Origin: Candidatus Omnitrophota bacterium
Lineage (GTDB): Bacteria > Omnitrophota > Gorgyraeia > Pluralincolimonadales > Pluralincolimonadaceae
DNA length: 64,000 bases
Direction: 5' to 3'
Assembly: GCA_041651455.1 (NCBI GenBank)
Contig: JBAZJG010000005.1
Span: 3,882-67,881 of the forward strand
The position numbers and the translations under genes are program-made. The notes under the pieces were generated by a model. The model was not told the DNA's origin. It saw only the letters and a list, made by a program, of their open reading frames with translations, and ran no database searches. Positions 20,319 through 31,607 of the stretch are shown one piece after another. The stretch's first letter is position 1; the number at the start of each line of letters is the position of its first letter.

Positions 20319-20319
20319 T

Positions 20320-20547
20320 CTATGCTTTTACTATCTTACCGGACCTGATGCAGGCGGTACAGACCTTGATCGTCTTTATAACGCCTTTCATGTTGACCTT
20401 GACCTTCTGCAGGTTGGGGGTAAAGCGCCTTATGCTCCTGCCGGTTATCTTGCGCCCGACACCGCCGTCCTTCTTGGCCATACCGCGGCGCTTGATCTTC
20501 ATGCCGGCCATCTTGCCTTTTCCGCATATATCGCATACTTTTGACAT
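20320..20547 (-). CDS. rpmB: 50S ribosomal protein L28.
   Basis: 'MSKVCDICGKGKMAGMKIKRRGMAKKDGGVGRKITGRSIRRFTPNLQKVKV'. Confidence 0.9.
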   Translation of the reverse strand: MSKVCDICGKGKMAGMKIKRRGMAKKDGGVGRKITGRSIRRFTPNLQKVKVNMKGVIKTIKVCTACIRSGKIVKA

Positions 20548-20579
20548 TACTTCCTCCTTAATGTATTATTGAGTGTATA

Positions 20580-22688
20580 ATGATAGCATATATGGATAAA
20601 AACATCAACAGTAAAAAGCAGCCCTTATGCGATATTCCCGTCCGTTTCGTCAAGGGCGTAGGCCCGGCGAGGGCCGAGATACTGAAAAAGCTCGATATCG
20701 TGACTGTCGAGGACCTGCTTTACCATTTCCCGCGAAGGTATGAGGACCGCAGCCGCTTCAATCCGATCAACAAGCTCAAGGAGGGCGAGTACGCCGCCAT
20801 CAGGGGCGAGGTGCTGACGTCGGGCACGCGCAGCGGCAGGCCCCGTTTCGGCCGGGGCAAGGGCATGTCTTTATATAAGATGGCGTTCGGCGACGACACC
20901 GGCATTATCTATGCCGTCTGGTTCAACCAGCCCTATATGCAGGATGTCTTCAAGCAGGGGGATAAGGTCATATTGTACGGCAAAGTCGAGAGGTACAAGG
21001 ACCTCCAGATGTCAAACCCCGAATTCGAGATAATTAACGACGAGGACAAAGAAACGATCCATACAGGTAGGATAGTCCCCATATACCCGCTGACCGAAGG
21101 GGTCAGCCAGAGGGGCATGCGCGGCATAATCAAAAATATGCTCGACAGGTATCTTGGAGACGCGGAGGAGTTCCTGCCAGAAGAGGTCAGGCAGAGGAAT
21201 AACCTGCCAGCGCTGGAGCGGGCCCTTTCCAATATGCATTTCCCCGAGAGCGAGGAGCTGCGCAGGGCCGCGTACGAGAGGGTCGTCTTCGACGAATTCT
21301 TCGTGTTGCAGGTCGCGCTTGCGCAGAGGCGGCAGAAGATAAAAGGGCTCGGCACCGGCGTCGCGCATAAGACGGGCGGTGAGCTGATGGAGTCGTTCAG
21401 GGCCATGCTGCCATTCAAGCTTACCGGTGCGCAGGAGCGGGCCGTAGAAGATATCGAAAAGGACATGGCGAGCGATAAGCCGATGAACCGCCTGCTTGAG
21501 GGCGATGTCGGGTCGGGAAAGACCATAGTTGCCGCCCACGCGCTCGTGCTTACGGTATCGAACGGCTACCAGGGCGCGTTGATGGCGCCGACGCAGATAC
21601 TCGCGCAGCAGCACTTTACCGGCCTTAACAGGCTCCTGAGCCCTCTAGGGATAAATGTGATGCTGCTTCGGGATGAGGCCCGGGAGGAGGCCCTGCGGAT
21701 GATAGAGGAGGGCCGCGCGAATATTGTTGTCGGCACGCACGCGCTCATACAGGAAGGTGTCAGGTTCAAGCGCCTCGGGCTTGCCGTTGTGGACGAGCAG
21801 CATAAGTTCGGCGTCGACCAGAGGGCGCAGCTGAAGCAGAAGGGCATCAATCCCGACATGCTGTTCATGACCGCCACGCCTATACCGCGGACGCTTGCGA
21901 TGACGCTCTACGGCGACCTCGACCTTTCGGTGCTGGATGAGCTGCCGAAAGGCAGGATACCGTCTAAGTCATTCCTTGTCGGGGAGGACAAGCGCGAAGG
22001 CGTATACAAGTTCATAGCGCAGGAGGCCGCCGCCGGCAGCCAGGTATTCATAATATGCCCGCTTATCAAGAAAAAGGATGGCGAGCTGAAAGCGGCTACC
22101 GAGATGTACGACAGGTTCAGGAAAGGGGTCTTCCCGGGGCTCAATGTCGGGCTCATCCACGGGAAGCTCGATAACGACGAGAAAGAGCGCGTGATGCGGG
22201 ATTTCGGGGCAGGGAAGGTGCAGATACTCGTCTCGACCACGGTGGTCGAGGTCGGCATCGATAACCCGAACGTCTCTGTAATGCTTATAGAGAACCCCGA
22301 AAGGTTCGGGCTTAGCCAGCTGCACCAGCTGCGCGGCAGGATCGGAAGGGGCAACCAGCGCTCGTACTGCATAATGATCTCGGATACGGGTTCCGAAACG
22401 GCGCGCAAGCGCATAAAAGCCCTTGTCAGCAACACGAGCGGGTTCAGTATCGCCGAAGAGGACCTGCAGCTGCGCGGCCCGGGGCAGTTCTTCGGGACCA
22501 GGCAGCACGGCCTCCCGGAACTGCGCTACGCAAACCTGCTTGCCAACGTCAGGCAGCTCGAAGCGGCGCGCAGGGAAGCGTTCGGGCTGGTCGGCGCCGA
22601 CGCGGAACTCGCGAAACCCCGGAACAGGCACCTAAAAGAGACCGTCAGGAGGAAGTTCCCCGATGAGGATAACAAGCGGGACTCATAA
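20580..22688 (+). CDS. recG: ATP-dependent DNA helicase RecG.
   Basis: 'VRFVKGVGPARAEILKKLDIVTVEDLLYHFPRRYEDRS', Walker A 'GDVGSGKT', DEQH box 'VVDEQHKFG'. Confidence 0.9.
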   Translation: MIAYMDKNINSKKQPLCDIPVRFVKGVGPARAEILKKLDIVTVEDLLYHFPRRYEDRSRFNPINKLKEGEYAAIRGEVLTSGTRSGRPRFGRGKGMSLYKMAFGDDTGIIYAVWFNQPYMQDVFKQGDKVILYGKVERYKDLQMSNPEFEIINDEDKETIHTGRIVPIYPLTEGVSQRGMRGIIKNMLDRYLGDAEEFLPEEVRQRNNLPALERALSNMHFPESEELRRAAYERVVFDEFFVLQVALAQRRQKIKGLGTGVAHKTGGELMESFRAMLPFKLTGAQERAVEDIEKDMASDKPMNRLLEGDVGSGKTIVAAHALVLTVSNGYQGALMAPTQILAQQHFTGLNRLLSPLGINVMLLRDEAREEALRMIEEGRANIVVGTHALIQEGVRFKRLGLAVVDEQHKFGVDQRAQLKQKGINPDMLFMTATPIPRTLAMTLYGDLDLSVLDELPKGRIPSKSFLVGEDKREGVYKFIAQEAAAGSQVFIICPLIKKKDGELKAATEMYDRFRKGVFPGLNVGLIHGKLDNDEKERVMRDFGAGKVQILVSTTVVEVGIDNPNVSVMLIENPERFGLSQLHQLRGRIGRGNQRSYCIMISDTGSETARKRIKALVSNTSGFSIAEEDLQLRGPGQFFGTRQHGLPELRYANLLANVRQLEAARREAFGLVGADAELAKPRNRHLKETVRRKFPDEDNKRDS

Positions 22689-23229
22689 AAGCAGGATAAT
22701 CAAGGCCCCGGACAGCATAAGGCCCACGCTCGATAACGTCCGGAAAGCCATATTTGACATACTCGGCGAGGGCGTAAAGGGCTCCAGGGTGCTAGACCTT
22801 TTCGCCGGCTCGGGCGCGCTGGGTATTGAAGCCCTCAGCAGGGGGGCGGCCTCATGCACGTTCGTCGACAACAGCCGCGCCTCCATAAAGGCCATAAAGG
22901 CGAACCTTGAGGGTTTGGGGCTCAGCGCCGCCGGGCGCGGGCCGTCGGAAAGCTCCGTCATATACGCCGATTCCGAGGCCGCCATTGGCAGGCTCGCGGA
23001 AGACGGAGCCGCATTCGACATAATACTGATGGACCCCCCCTATTATAAGGAATTAGCCAAAAAAACCTTGTCTTTGCTGGGCAATTGTGATATATTATCC
23101 GGGACTGGCGTAGCGGTTATAGAGCAGTCTAAGCACGATGGCCCACTACCGCCTGTATGCGGGGGCCTAAAGCTCTTGCGTACCGCCAGGTACGGTGATA
23201 CGCTGGTTTCATTTTATCGCAAGGATTAA
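22663..23229 (+). CDS. rsmD: 16S rRNA (guanine966-N2)-methyltransferase RsmD.
   Basis: 'LDLFAGSGALGIEALSRGAASCTFVDNS...MDPPY'. Confidence 0.85.
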   Translation: MRITSGTHKSRIIKAPDSIRPTLDNVRKAIFDILGEGVKGSRVLDLFAGSGALGIEALSRGAASCTFVDNSRASIKAIKANLEGLGLSAAGRGPSESSVIYADSEAAIGRLAEDGAAFDIILMDPPYYKELAKKTLSLLGNCDILSGTGVAVIEQSKHDGPLPPVCGGLKLLRTARYGDTLVSFYRKD

Positions 23230-23237
23230 CGCAAATC

Positions 23238-23717
23238 ATGAAGAATAAGGCAGTCTATCCGGGGACTTTTGACCCTGTAACATTCGGCCATATCGACCTG
23301 ATAAAAAGGGCCCTGAAGATCTTTGATACCGTCATAATAGCCGTTGCGCACAATGCGGACAAGGGGCCGCTATTCGGCGTTGAGGAGCGCATCGCGATGC
23401 TGAGACAGGCGACCGGGGGCATGAAGGGCGTCGTCATAGAGAGCTTTGACGGGCTCGCGGTGGATTACGTCAGGAAGAAGGGTTCCGTCGTCATGGTCCG
23501 CGGCCTAAGGATGCTCTCTGACTTCGAATACGAGTTCCAGATGGCGCTGACGAACAGGAAGCTCGGACAGGATATAGAGACGATATTCATGATGCCTTCG
23601 GAATCCTACTCATACCTTTCATCAAAACTCATCAAGGAGGCGTTCGCGCTCGGCGCAGACGTAAAGGACTTTGTCCCGCCGTTCGTCGCCAAGGCGCTCG
23701 CGAAAAAACTAAGATGA
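23238..23717 (+). CDS. coaD: Phosphopantetheine adenylyltransferase.
   Basis: 'MKNKAVYPGTFDPVTFGHIDLIKRA'. Confidence 0.9.
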   Translation: MKNKAVYPGTFDPVTFGHIDLIKRALKIFDTVIIAVAHNADKGPLFGVEERIAMLRQATGGMKGVVIESFDGLAVDYVRKKGSVVMVRGLRMLSDFEYEFQMALTNRKLGQDIETIFMMPSESYSYLSSKLIKEAFALGADVKDFVPPFVAKALAKKLR

Positions 23718-24160
23718 AGATAAAGATAAACGACATACCGAAGGACGGCATCACGCTGGAAGAGAGACAGGACGCCGCGGCGCTTGACCTCGCGCGCGAC
23801 GACCTCAAGTTCGTGACCCCCGTGGCCCTCTCGGCGTTCCTGACGCGCGATAAGGACGACGTGTACGCGCACGTGAAGGCGAGCGGGCGCATAGAGGCGG
23901 TATGCGGCAGGTGCCTTGCGGCATATACGATAGATTTCGACAAGGAATTCGATTTCAGCTACGATGTGAAGGGCAAGAACATCCTCGACTTGACGGACGA
24001 CATAAGGGCGGAGATAATATTGGAGTATCCGATCAAGCCGCTTTGCAGGGAGAACTGCAAGGGGTTGTGCCAGGTATGCGGCAAGAGCCTCAACGAGGGC
24101 GATTGCGGGCACACACCTGACGCGCAAAAATGGAACGAAGCGAAAAAGAACGGTAATTAA
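23714..24160 (+). CDS. yceD: YceD/DUF177 family protein.
   Basis: Cys motifs 'CGRCLAAY...CQVCGKSLNEGDCGH'. Position immediately upstream of rpmF-plsX. Confidence 0.75.
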   Translation: MKIKINDIPKDGITLEERQDAAALDLARDDLKFVTPVALSAFLTRDKDDVYAHVKASGRIEAVCGRCLAAYTIDFDKEFDFSYDVKGKNILDLTDDIRAEIILEYPIKPLCRENCKGLCQVCGKSLNEGDCGHTPDAQKWNEAKKNGN

Positions 24161-24181
24161 GGAAAGAAGGAGAAGAGATAA

Positions 24182-24379
24182 ATGGCACTGCCAAAGAGAA
24201 AACATTCGAAAGCAAGGCGCGACAAATCCCGCACACACCAGGTACTGTCGGCACCCCAGGTGACGAAGTGCCCGCAATGTTTCGCGTTCGTAAAGACGCA
24301 TTGCGCGTGCCCGAGCTGCGGATATTATAAGGGGCGCAAGGTCCTTGACGTCAAGGTCAAGGAAGAGAAGAAGAAATGA
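24182..24379 (+). CDS. rpmF: 50S ribosomal protein L32.
   Basis: 'MALPKRKHSKARRDKSRTHQ...CPQCFAFVKTHCACPSCGYYKGRKV'. Confidence 0.9.
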   Translation: MALPKRKHSKARRDKSRTHQVLSAPQVTKCPQCFAFVKTHCACPSCGYYKGRKVLDVKVKEEKKK

Positions 24380-25368
24380 GGATAGCCGTAGATGGGATGG
24401 GGGGCGACTACGCGCCTAAGGTAGTCGTCGAAGGCGCCGTAATGGCCGCATCCGAATACGGACATGAGGTAATAATAGTCGGCGACAAGCCGAGGATAGA
24501 CGCGGAACTCGGCAGGATCGGCCCGGTCCCGCAGAGCATCAGCGTCGTGCACGCCTCGGAAGTCATCGATATGCACGAGCCCGGCGCCACGAGCGCTCGC
24601 GCGAAGAAGGACTCCTCGATATGCGTCGCGACGGAGCTTGTGAAGGAAGGCAAGGCCGACGCGGTCGTATCGGCCGGCAATACGGCCGCTTTCGTAAGCG
24701 CGGCGATGCTGTCGCTGCGCAGGCTCCCGGGGGTCGAACGCCCCGGCATCGCGATACCGCTGCCCTCGATCAAGGGGCCGGTAGTGCTGATAGACGTCGG
24801 AGCGACGATAAACCCCGAGCCGGAGCACCTCCTGGGCTTCGCCGTAATGGGCGGCGTATATGCCCGCCATATATTGCGGATGGAAGATCCCTCGATAGGC
24901 CTGTTGAATATCGGCGAGGAGTCATCGAAGGGCCCAGATTACCTTAAGCAGGCGCACCAGTTGCTGGAATCGAGCAACCTGAATTTCAAAGGCAACGCAG
25001 AGGGCAAGGATATATTCGCCGGACATTTCGACGTCGTGGTATGCGACGGTTATACGGGCAACGTGGTGCTGAAGGTATCCGAATCCATTGCGACCACGAT
25101 CTCCTCGTTCATAAAGGACCAGATAAAGAAAGATCCGCTGAGGATAATCGGCGGGCTGCTTACAAAGCCGGCGTTCGAGGCCGTCAAGAAGCAGATAGAC
25201 TATGCCGAATACGGCGGCGCCCCGCTGCTCGGCGTCAACGGCATATGCATAATCAGCCACGGCCGCTCTTCGGCTAAGGCAGTCAAGAACGCGATCAGGG
25301 TCGCGGGCGAGTTCGTAGAGCACAAGGTGAACAACCATATCCTCGAAGCGGTAAAGACCCTCAAATGA
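24376..25368 (+). CDS. plsX: Phosphate acyltransferase PlsX.
   Basis: 'MRIAVDGMGGDYAPKVVVEGAV'. Confidence 0.9.
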   Translation: MRIAVDGMGGDYAPKVVVEGAVMAASEYGHEVIIVGDKPRIDAELGRIGPVPQSISVVHASEVIDMHEPGATSARAKKDSSICVATELVKEGKADAVVSAGNTAAFVSAAMLSLRRLPGVERPGIAIPLPSIKGPVVLIDVGATINPEPEHLLGFAVMGGVYARHILRMEDPSIGLLNIGEESSKGPDYLKQAHQLLESSNLNFKGNAEGKDIFAGHFDVVVCDGYTGNVVLKVSESIATTISSFIKDQIKKDPLRIIGGLLTKPAFEAVKKQIDYAEYGGAPLLGVNGICIISHGRSSAKAVKNAIRVAGEFVEHKVNNHILEAVKTLK

Positions 25369-26381
25369 CGCCAAAACCCAAAACTATAAAGAAAAACCCG
25401 AAGAAGGCGAAAGCCGGCATAATAGGCCTCGGCGCGTACCTTCCGAGCAAGGTCATGACGAACCTCGACCTCGAGAAGCTCGTCGAGACCTCGGACGAAT
25501 GGATACGCACAAGGACCGGCATCTCCGAACGCAGGATAGCCTGCAAGGAAGAGACCACCTCGGACCTTGCGGCATATGCAGCTACGGCGGCTATAAAAGA
25601 CGCGAAGCTCGACCCGAAGGACATAGAGCTAATAATACTCGCTACGATAACCCCGGATATGCCTTTCCCGGCAACGAGCTGTTTTGTGCAGGCGAAGATC
25701 GGCGCGGTGAACGCGGCATGCTTCGATATCAACGCCGCATGTTCCGGTTTTATACATGAACTTACGATAGCGCAGCAGTTCATAGAGAGCGGGATGTATA
25801 AGAATATACTCGTGATAGGGGTGGAACTGCTCTCCCGTTTTGTCGACTGGAAAGACCGTTCGACCTGCGTGCTCTTCGGCGACGGCGCCGGCGCGGCCGT
25901 AATTGCGCCGGTCAAGAAGGGCGGGCTGCTGTCCTCATATATCGGCGCAGACGGGACGAAGAGCAACCTGCTGATGTTCCCGGCCGGCGGTTCCGTGAAT
26001 CCCGCGTCGCACGAGACGGTGACGCAGGGGCTGCATTTCCTGAAGATGGAGGGCAATGAGGTCTTCAAGAACGCCGTACGCGTCATGACGACGGCGGCGG
26101 GCAAGGCAGTAGAGAAGGCGGGGCTTACGATAAAAGATATCGATTGCGTCATACCGCACCAGGCAAATATAAGGATAATCGAAGCGGTCATCGCCCGCGT
26201 CGGTATCCCGCTCGAGAAGGTATTTGTGAACGTTGAAAAATACGGCAACATGTCTGCCGCCTCGGCGATCGTCGCGCTGTTCGAAGCCGTTGAGGCGGGG
26301 CGCGTGAAGAAGGGCGACAAGGTCCTTCTCGTCGCGTTCGGGAGCGGTTTTGTCTGGGGGTCGTGCGTAATAGAATGGTAG
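25365..26381 (+). CDS. fabH: 3-oxoacyl-ACP synthase III FabH (the true start may be internal).
   Basis: 'IIGLGAYLPSKVMTNLDLEKLVETSDEWIRTRTGISERRIA...NAACSGF'. Confidence 0.9.
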   Translation: MTPKPKTIKKNPKKAKAGIIGLGAYLPSKVMTNLDLEKLVETSDEWIRTRTGISERRIACKEETTSDLAAYAATAAIKDAKLDPKDIELIILATITPDMPFPATSCFVQAKIGAVNAACFDINAACSGFIHELTIAQQFIESGMYKNILVIGVELLSRFVDWKDRSTCVLFGDGAGAAVIAPVKKGGLLSSYIGADGTKSNLLMFPAGGSVNPASHETVTQGLHFLKMEGNEVFKNAVRVMTTAAGKAVEKAGLTIKDIDCVIPHQANIRIIEAVIARVGIPLEKVFVNVEKYGNMSAASAIVALFEAVEAGRVKKGDKVLLVAFGSGFVWGSCVIEW

Positions 26382-27310
26382 ATACCGCTATAATATTCCC
26401 CGGCCAGGGGGCCCAGTATGTAGGCATGGGCAAGGAGCTTTACGGGCAGTTTCCCGCCTCGAAGGTAATATTCGAAAAAGCCAACCAGATCCTCAGTTTC
26501 GATATCGCCAAACTCTGTTTCGAAGGGCCCAAGGAAGAACTTACGAGGACCGATATCTGCCAGCCGGCGATCCTTACCGTCTCGATAGCCGCGCTGAGGG
26601 CGCTTGAATCCGCGCTGCCGGTCCAGTTGGCGCCGAAAGCGGTTCTGGGCCTTAGCCTCGGAGAATATACCGCGCTTGTTGCGGCGGGATCGATCGCTTT
26701 CGACGACGCGGTCACGCTCGTAAGGAAACGCGGGCAGTTCATGGAGGAGGCCTCGCGCGAGAACCCCGGCACTATGGCATCGGTCATAGGTTTCCCGCTC
26801 GAAGAGACGAAGAAGGCCTGCGCCGAGACGGGCGCCCAGATAGCGAACCTGAACTCACCCGGTCAGATAGTGATATCCGGTACCAAGGAGAAAGTAGAAG
26901 CGGCCTCTAACCTGGCCAGGGAGAGGGGCGCGAGGAAAGTTATACCGCTCGATGTAAGCGGTGCTTTCCACTCGGACCTCATGGAGCCTGCCGCACGCAG
27001 GCTGAAGGCCGAGGTGGATAATATTGATATAAAGGAACCGAAGATAAAAGTGGTAACGAACGTCAACGCGGGCTATGAATCCTCTCCGGACGAGATCAAG
27101 GCGAACCTTGTGACGCAGGTGAAGTCGTCCGTGCTCTGGGAGGACTCGATAAAGCTCCTCGCGCATGAAGGGATAAAGAGGTATATTGAAGTGGGGCCGG
27201 GAAAGGTGCTCGCAGGGCTGTTACGCAGGATCGACCCGGGGCTCGAGTGCCTTAACGTGGAGACCGCCTCCGACGTTTCAGCCGTAAAAGAAGCGTTGGC
27301 GCAGGGGTAG
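26363..27310 (+). CDS. fabD: Malonyl-CoA:ACP transacylase FabD.
   Basis: 'AIIFPGQGAQYVGMGKELY...GLSLGEYTALVAAG'. Confidence 0.9.
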   Translation: MRNRMVDTAIIFPGQGAQYVGMGKELYGQFPASKVIFEKANQILSFDIAKLCFEGPKEELTRTDICQPAILTVSIAALRALESALPVQLAPKAVLGLSLGEYTALVAAGSIAFDDAVTLVRKRGQFMEEASRENPGTMASVIGFPLEETKKACAETGAQIANLNSPGQIVISGTKEKVEAASNLARERGARKVIPLDVSGAFHSDLMEPAARRLKAEVDNIDIKEPKIKVVTNVNAGYESSPDEIKANLVTQVKSSVLWEDSIKLLAHEGIKRYIEVGPGKVLAGLLRRIDPGLECLNVETASDVSAVKEALAQG

Positions 27311-27323
27311 AGAGGAGAAACGC

Positions 27324-28064
27324 ATGATATTCAAGGACAGGGTGTGCCTCGTGACAGGTGGAGCAAGGGGAATAGGCAGGGAGATAGCGCTTGCGTTCGC
27401 AAAACAGGGCTCGGATATAGCGCTTTGCGACGTGAACCAGGAAGCTCTCGACGTCACGAGCAAGGAGATAGAGGCCCTCGGGCGCAAAGCGGCGACATTC
27501 GTCGTCGACGTGACGAACCTGTCGCAGGTCGAGGATATGGTCAATAAGACGCTTGACAAATTCCAGAAAATCGATATACTGATTAACAACGCAGGCATTA
27601 CCAGAGACGCCTTGATAGTCCGTATGAGCGAGCAGGAGTTCGACTCCGTTATCGCCGTAAACCTAAAGGGGACATTCAATTGCACCAAGGCGTGCTCAAA
27701 GGTAATGATGAAGCAGAGATACGGGAAGATCGTGTCTATAGCTTCGATCATAGGGATAATGGGTAATGCCGGACAAGCCAATTACGCGGCTTCGAAGGCG
27801 GGCATAATAGGGATAACGAAGAGCGTCGCCAAGGAACTGGCGTCAAGGAACGTGAACGTGAACGCGATCGCTCCGGGCTTCATAGAGACCGATATGACGG
27901 CCAAACTTCCCGAGAACGTAAAGGCCCAAATGTTGTCGCTTATCCCTTTGAGCAGGTTCGGAAAAGCCAGCGACGTAGCTGAACTTGCGATGTTCCTGGC
28001 GTCGGAAGCGTCGTCATATATAACCGGACAGGTAATAAAGATCGACGGCGGGATGGTCATGTAG
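27324..28064 (+). CDS. fabG: 3-oxoacyl-ACP reductase FabG.
   Basis: '[16 protein letters not shown]', '[18 protein letters not shown]'. Confidence 0.9.
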   Translation: MIFKDRVCLVTGGARGIGREIALAFAKQGSDIALCDVNQEALDVTSKEIEALGRKAATFVVDVTNLSQVEDMVNKTLDKFQKIDILINNAGITRDALIVRMSEQEFDSVIAVNLKGTFNCTKACSKVMMKQRYGKIVSIASIIGIMGNAGQANYAASKAGIIGITKSVAKELASRNVNVNAIAPGFIETDMTAKLPENVKAQMLSLIPLSRFGKASDVAELAMFLASEASSYITGQVIKIDGGMVM

Positions 28065-28086
28065 TCAACCCAACAAGGAGGAGTAC

Positions 28087-28332
28087 ATGTCAGCTGTAGC
28101 AGATAAAGTCAGGGAGATCATAGCAAAGCAGTTAGGCGTAAAACTCGAAGAAGTCACACCCCAGGCGACGTTCATAGACGACCTCGGCGCAGATTCGCTT
28201 GATACGGTCGAGATAGTCATGGCTTTGGAAGAGGAGTTCAAGGCCGAGATACCGGATGAAGATGCCGAAAAGATGAAGACGGTCGGCGAAGCCATCAAAT
28301 ACATCGAAGAAAAATCGGGCGGTAAGGCCTAG
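28087..28332 (+). CDS. acpP: Acyl carrier protein.
   Basis: '[23 protein letters not shown]'. Confidence 0.95.
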   Translation: MSAVADKVREIIAKQLGVKLEEVTPQATFIDDLGADSLDTVEIVMALEEEFKAEIPDEDAEKMKTVGEAIKYIEEKSGGKA

Positions 28333-28382
28333 CCCAGGGGGCAGGCCTACCTAATCCACTAAAGGTAGGGCCTATATTTTTT

Positions 28383-29630
28383 ATGGAAAGAAGAAGAGTC
28401 GTAGTTACCGGCCTTGGCGCCATCACCCCGGTAGGGAACAGCAAAGATGAACTCTGGGCTTCCCTCCTCGCGGGTAAAAGCGGCGCAGGCAGGATAACCC
28501 AATTCGATCCCACGGAATTCGACAGCCAGATAGCCTGCGAGGTCAAGGATTTTGACCCCTCCAAGTATATTGCGAACCAGAAGGACATAAGGAGGATGGA
28601 CAGGTTTGTCCAGTTCGCGGTCAGTTCGACGAAAATGGCTATCGATGATTCCGGGCTGGACATATCGAAAGAGGACCCCTACAGGATCGGCGTGCTTGTC
28701 GGTTCCGGCATAGGCGGCCTCAAGGTCATCCAGGACCAGACCCTCGTCTGGAAGGAGAAAGGCCCCGGAAGGCTCGCCCCTCTTCTGATCCCCATGCTTA
28801 TAGTCAATATGGCCCCCGGCCAGATATCCATACAGTTCGGGCTCAAAGGCCCGAACTCGTGCGTTGCGACGGCATGCGCGACGGGTAACCATTCGATAGG
28901 GGAAGCCCTGAGGCTTATCCAGCACGGGTATGCCGATGTAATGATCGCCGGAGGAACGGAGGCGGCGGTCGTACCTACGGGCGTTGGCGGTTTTTGCGCG
29001 CTGACCGCCCTTTCGAAGAGGAATAACGACCCGGAACACGCGAGCAGGCCGTTCGACAAGAACAGGGACGGTTTCGTCATCGGCGAGGGCTGCGGTATAG
29101 CGGTGCTCGAATCTCTAGAGCATGCGCAGAAGCGCGGCGCGAAGATATACGCCGAGGTCGCCGGATACGGGATGTCGGGCGATGCCTATCATATGACGGC
29201 CCCTGACCCGAACGGCGAAGGCGCGGCGATGTGCATGAAACTCGCGCTTAAGGACGGCGGGTTGGATCTTGGGGACGTCTCCTACATAAATGCCCACGGG
29301 ACTTCCACGGAACTTAACGACAAGATAGAGACGCTCGCGATAAAGAAGGTCTTCGGCGAACTGGCATACAAGATACCGGTCAGCTCGACGAAATCAATGA
29401 CGGGCCACTGCCTCGGCGCGGCCGGCGGCGTGGAATTCGCCGCCTGCGTCATGGCGATAAAGGAGGATATCGTGCCTCCGACCATAAATTACGAGACGCC
29501 CGACCCGGCCTGCGATCTCGATTATGTACCGAATAAGGCAAGGAAGGTCAAGGTCAACGTCGCGATATCCAACGCCTTCGGCTTTGGCGGGCACAATGCG
29601 TGCGTCGCCGTCAAGAAATTCCTGCCTTAA
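28383..29630 (+). CDS. fabF: 3-oxoacyl-ACP synthase II FabF.
   Basis: '[16 protein letters not shown]', '[11 protein letters not shown]', '[11 protein letters not shown]'. Confidence 0.9.
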   Translation: MERRRVVVTGLGAITPVGNSKDELWASLLAGKSGAGRITQFDPTEFDSQIACEVKDFDPSKYIANQKDIRRMDRFVQFAVSSTKMAIDDSGLDISKEDPYRIGVLVGSGIGGLKVIQDQTLVWKEKGPGRLAPLLIPMLIVNMAPGQISIQFGLKGPNSCVATACATGNHSIGEALRLIQHGYADVMIAGGTEAAVVPTGVGGFCALTALSKRNNDPEHASRPFDKNRDGFVIGEGCGIAVLESLEHAQKRGAKIYAEVAGYGMSGDAYHMTAPDPNGEGAAMCMKLALKDGGLDLGDVSYINAHGTSTELNDKIETLAIKKVFGELAYKIPVSSTKSMTGHCLGAAGGVEFAACVMAIKEDIVPPTINYETPDPACDLDYVPNKARKVKVNVAISNAFGFGGHNACVAVKKFLP

Positions 29631-29648
29631 CAATTATGGAGTAAAAAA

Positions 29649-30803
29649 ATGGATTACCTTTTAACCGAACAGCAGATAATGGTGCGCGATCTCGCGCGCA
29701 AGATCGCGAAAGAGAAGATAGCTCCGGTAGCGGCCGAGCATGACGAGAAAGAGACGTTCCCGTGGGAGATAATGAAGGTCATGGCCGAATCCGACCTCTG
29801 CGGCGTATATATAGAGGAGAAGTACGGCGGCCTCGGCGGCGGCGCGATGGAACTCTGCCTCGTGACCGAGGAGCTCTCCCGCGCGTGCGGCGGCATAGCT
29901 ATATGCTTCGCGGCGACTGCGCTCGGCACTTACCCTATAATACTGTTCGGCAATGACGCGCAGAAGCAGAAATACCTGCCGGAGATTGCGAGCGGCAGGA
30001 AGCTCGCGGCTTTTGCCCTGACCGAAGCGGGGGCGGGCTCGGACGCCGGCGCCATCGCCACGACAGCAAGGAAAGAGGGCGACTATTACGTGCTGAACGG
30101 CGTGAAGCAGTGGATAACCAACGGCGGGGAAGCGGAGATATATACGGTCATCGCGATGACCGACAGGGATAAGGGCGCTCGCGGGGCAAGCTTCTTTATA
30201 GTCGAGAAGGGGACTCCCGGTTTTGATTTCGGCAAGAAAGAGAAGAAACTCGGGATCCGCGCCTCGGCGACGCGCGAGCTCATATTCAACGAATGCAAGG
30301 TCCATAAGGATAACCTGCTCGGCCGCGAAGGCATGGGTTTTATAGTCGCCATGAAGACCTTCGACAAGTCGCGCCCGGGTGTCGCGGCGCAGGCCGTGGG
30401 CATTGCGCAGGGCGCATTGGACCACGCGGTCAAGTATTCGCGCGAACGCAAACAGTTCGGCAAGACGATATCGTCGTTCCAGGGCCTCCAGTTCATGCTC
30501 GCGGACATGGCCACGCAGGTAGAGGCGGCGCGCGCGTTGACTTACGCCACCGCGAGGATGGTCGATTCCGGCGCAAGGGATGTCTCGAAGGAATCGGCAA
30601 TGGTGAAATTGTTCGCGTCCGATACGGCGATGAAGGTCACGACCGACGCGATACAGGTCCTCGGCGGTTACGGTTACATGCGCGATTACCCGGTAGAGAA
30701 GTATATGCGCGACGCGAAGATAACCCAGATATACGAAGGCACGAACCAGATACAGCGCAACATAATAGCGCTTGAAGTGCTGAAAGAGCAGCTGAAGAAA
30801 TGA
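29649..30803 (+). CDS. Acyl-CoA dehydrogenase (short-chain/butyryl-CoA dehydrogenase-like).
   Basis: '[39 protein letters not shown]', '[35 protein letters not shown]'. Confidence 0.85.
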   Translation: MDYLLTEQQIMVRDLARKIAKEKIAPVAAEHDEKETFPWEIMKVMAESDLCGVYIEEKYGGLGGGAMELCLVTEELSRACGGIAICFAATALGTYPIILFGNDAQKQKYLPEIASGRKLAAFALTEAGAGSDAGAIATTARKEGDYYVLNGVKQWITNGGEAEIYTVIAMTDRDKGARGASFFIVEKGTPGFDFGKKEKKLGIRASATRELIFNECKVHKDNLLGREGMGFIVAMKTFDKSRPGVAAQAVGIAQGALDHAVKYSRERKQFGKTISSFQGLQFMLADMATQVEAARALTYATARMVDSGARDVSKESAMVKLFASDTAMKVTTDAIQVLGGYGYMRDYPVEKYMRDAKITQIYEGTNQIQRNIIALEVLKEQLKK

Positions 30804-31606
30804 ACATAATCGTCTGCATAAAACAGGTCCCCGATACGCAGGACATCAGGATAAACCCCGAGACGAACACGCTGATGCGCGAGGGCGTCCAGTCGATAGT
30901 CAACCCGTTCGACATGTACGCGATAGAAGAGGCGCTCAGGATAAAGGAAAAGGCCGGCGCCGCCACGACGAAGGTAACGGTGCTTTCGATGGGCCCGCAG
31001 CAGGCCGAGGAGGCGCTGCGCGAGGCGGTATCGATGGGCGTAGACGAGATGGTGCTGATGTGCGACCGCGCGTTCGCGGGTTCCGACACCTGGGCGACGA
31101 GCTATACCCTTGCCAAGGGCATACAGAAGCTCGGGAAGTTCGACCTTATAATATGCGGCAAACAGGCGATAGACGGCGATACGGCCCAGGTTGGCCCCGG
31201 CATCGCCGCCACGCTTGACATCCCGCAGGTGACTTATGTCAAGAAGACCGAAGAGATCAAGGAAGGTTCCGCGCGTTTCGAGAGGATGACCGAGGAGGGT
31301 TACGAGGTCATAGAGACGCCGCTGCCCTGCCTGATAACGGTCGTAAAAGAGATAAATATCCCGCGCCTCCCGTCCCTGAAAGGGAAGATAAAAGCGAAAC
31401 AGTCGAAGGCAGCGGTCATATGCGCGAAGGACATAGACGCGGACCCGGATAGGCTCGGCCTTAAGGGATCGCCTACCGTGGTCAACAAGATATTTTCCCC
31501 GCCGAAGAGGACGGGCGGCCAGATGCTCCAGGGGGAGGTCCCGGAGATAGTCGGCAAGCTGGCGGATTCCATCAAGGATGTAGTCATATCAGTGAGCAAG
31601 ACATAA
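30800..31606 (+). CDS. etfB: Electron transfer flavoprotein beta subunit.
   Basis: '[30 protein letters not shown]'. Confidence 0.85.
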   Translation: MNIIVCIKQVPDTQDIRINPETNTLMREGVQSIVNPFDMYAIEEALRIKEKAGAATTKVTVLSMGPQQAEEALREAVSMGVDEMVLMCDRAFAGSDTWATSYTLAKGIQKLGKFDLIICGKQAIDGDTAQVGPGIAATLDIPQVTYVKKTEEIKEGSARFERMTEEGYEVIETPLPCLITVVKEINIPRLPSLKGKIKAKQSKAAVICAKDIDADPDRLGLKGSPTVVNKIFSPPKRTGGQMLQGEVPEIVGKLADSIKDVVISVSKT

Positions 31607-31607
31607 A

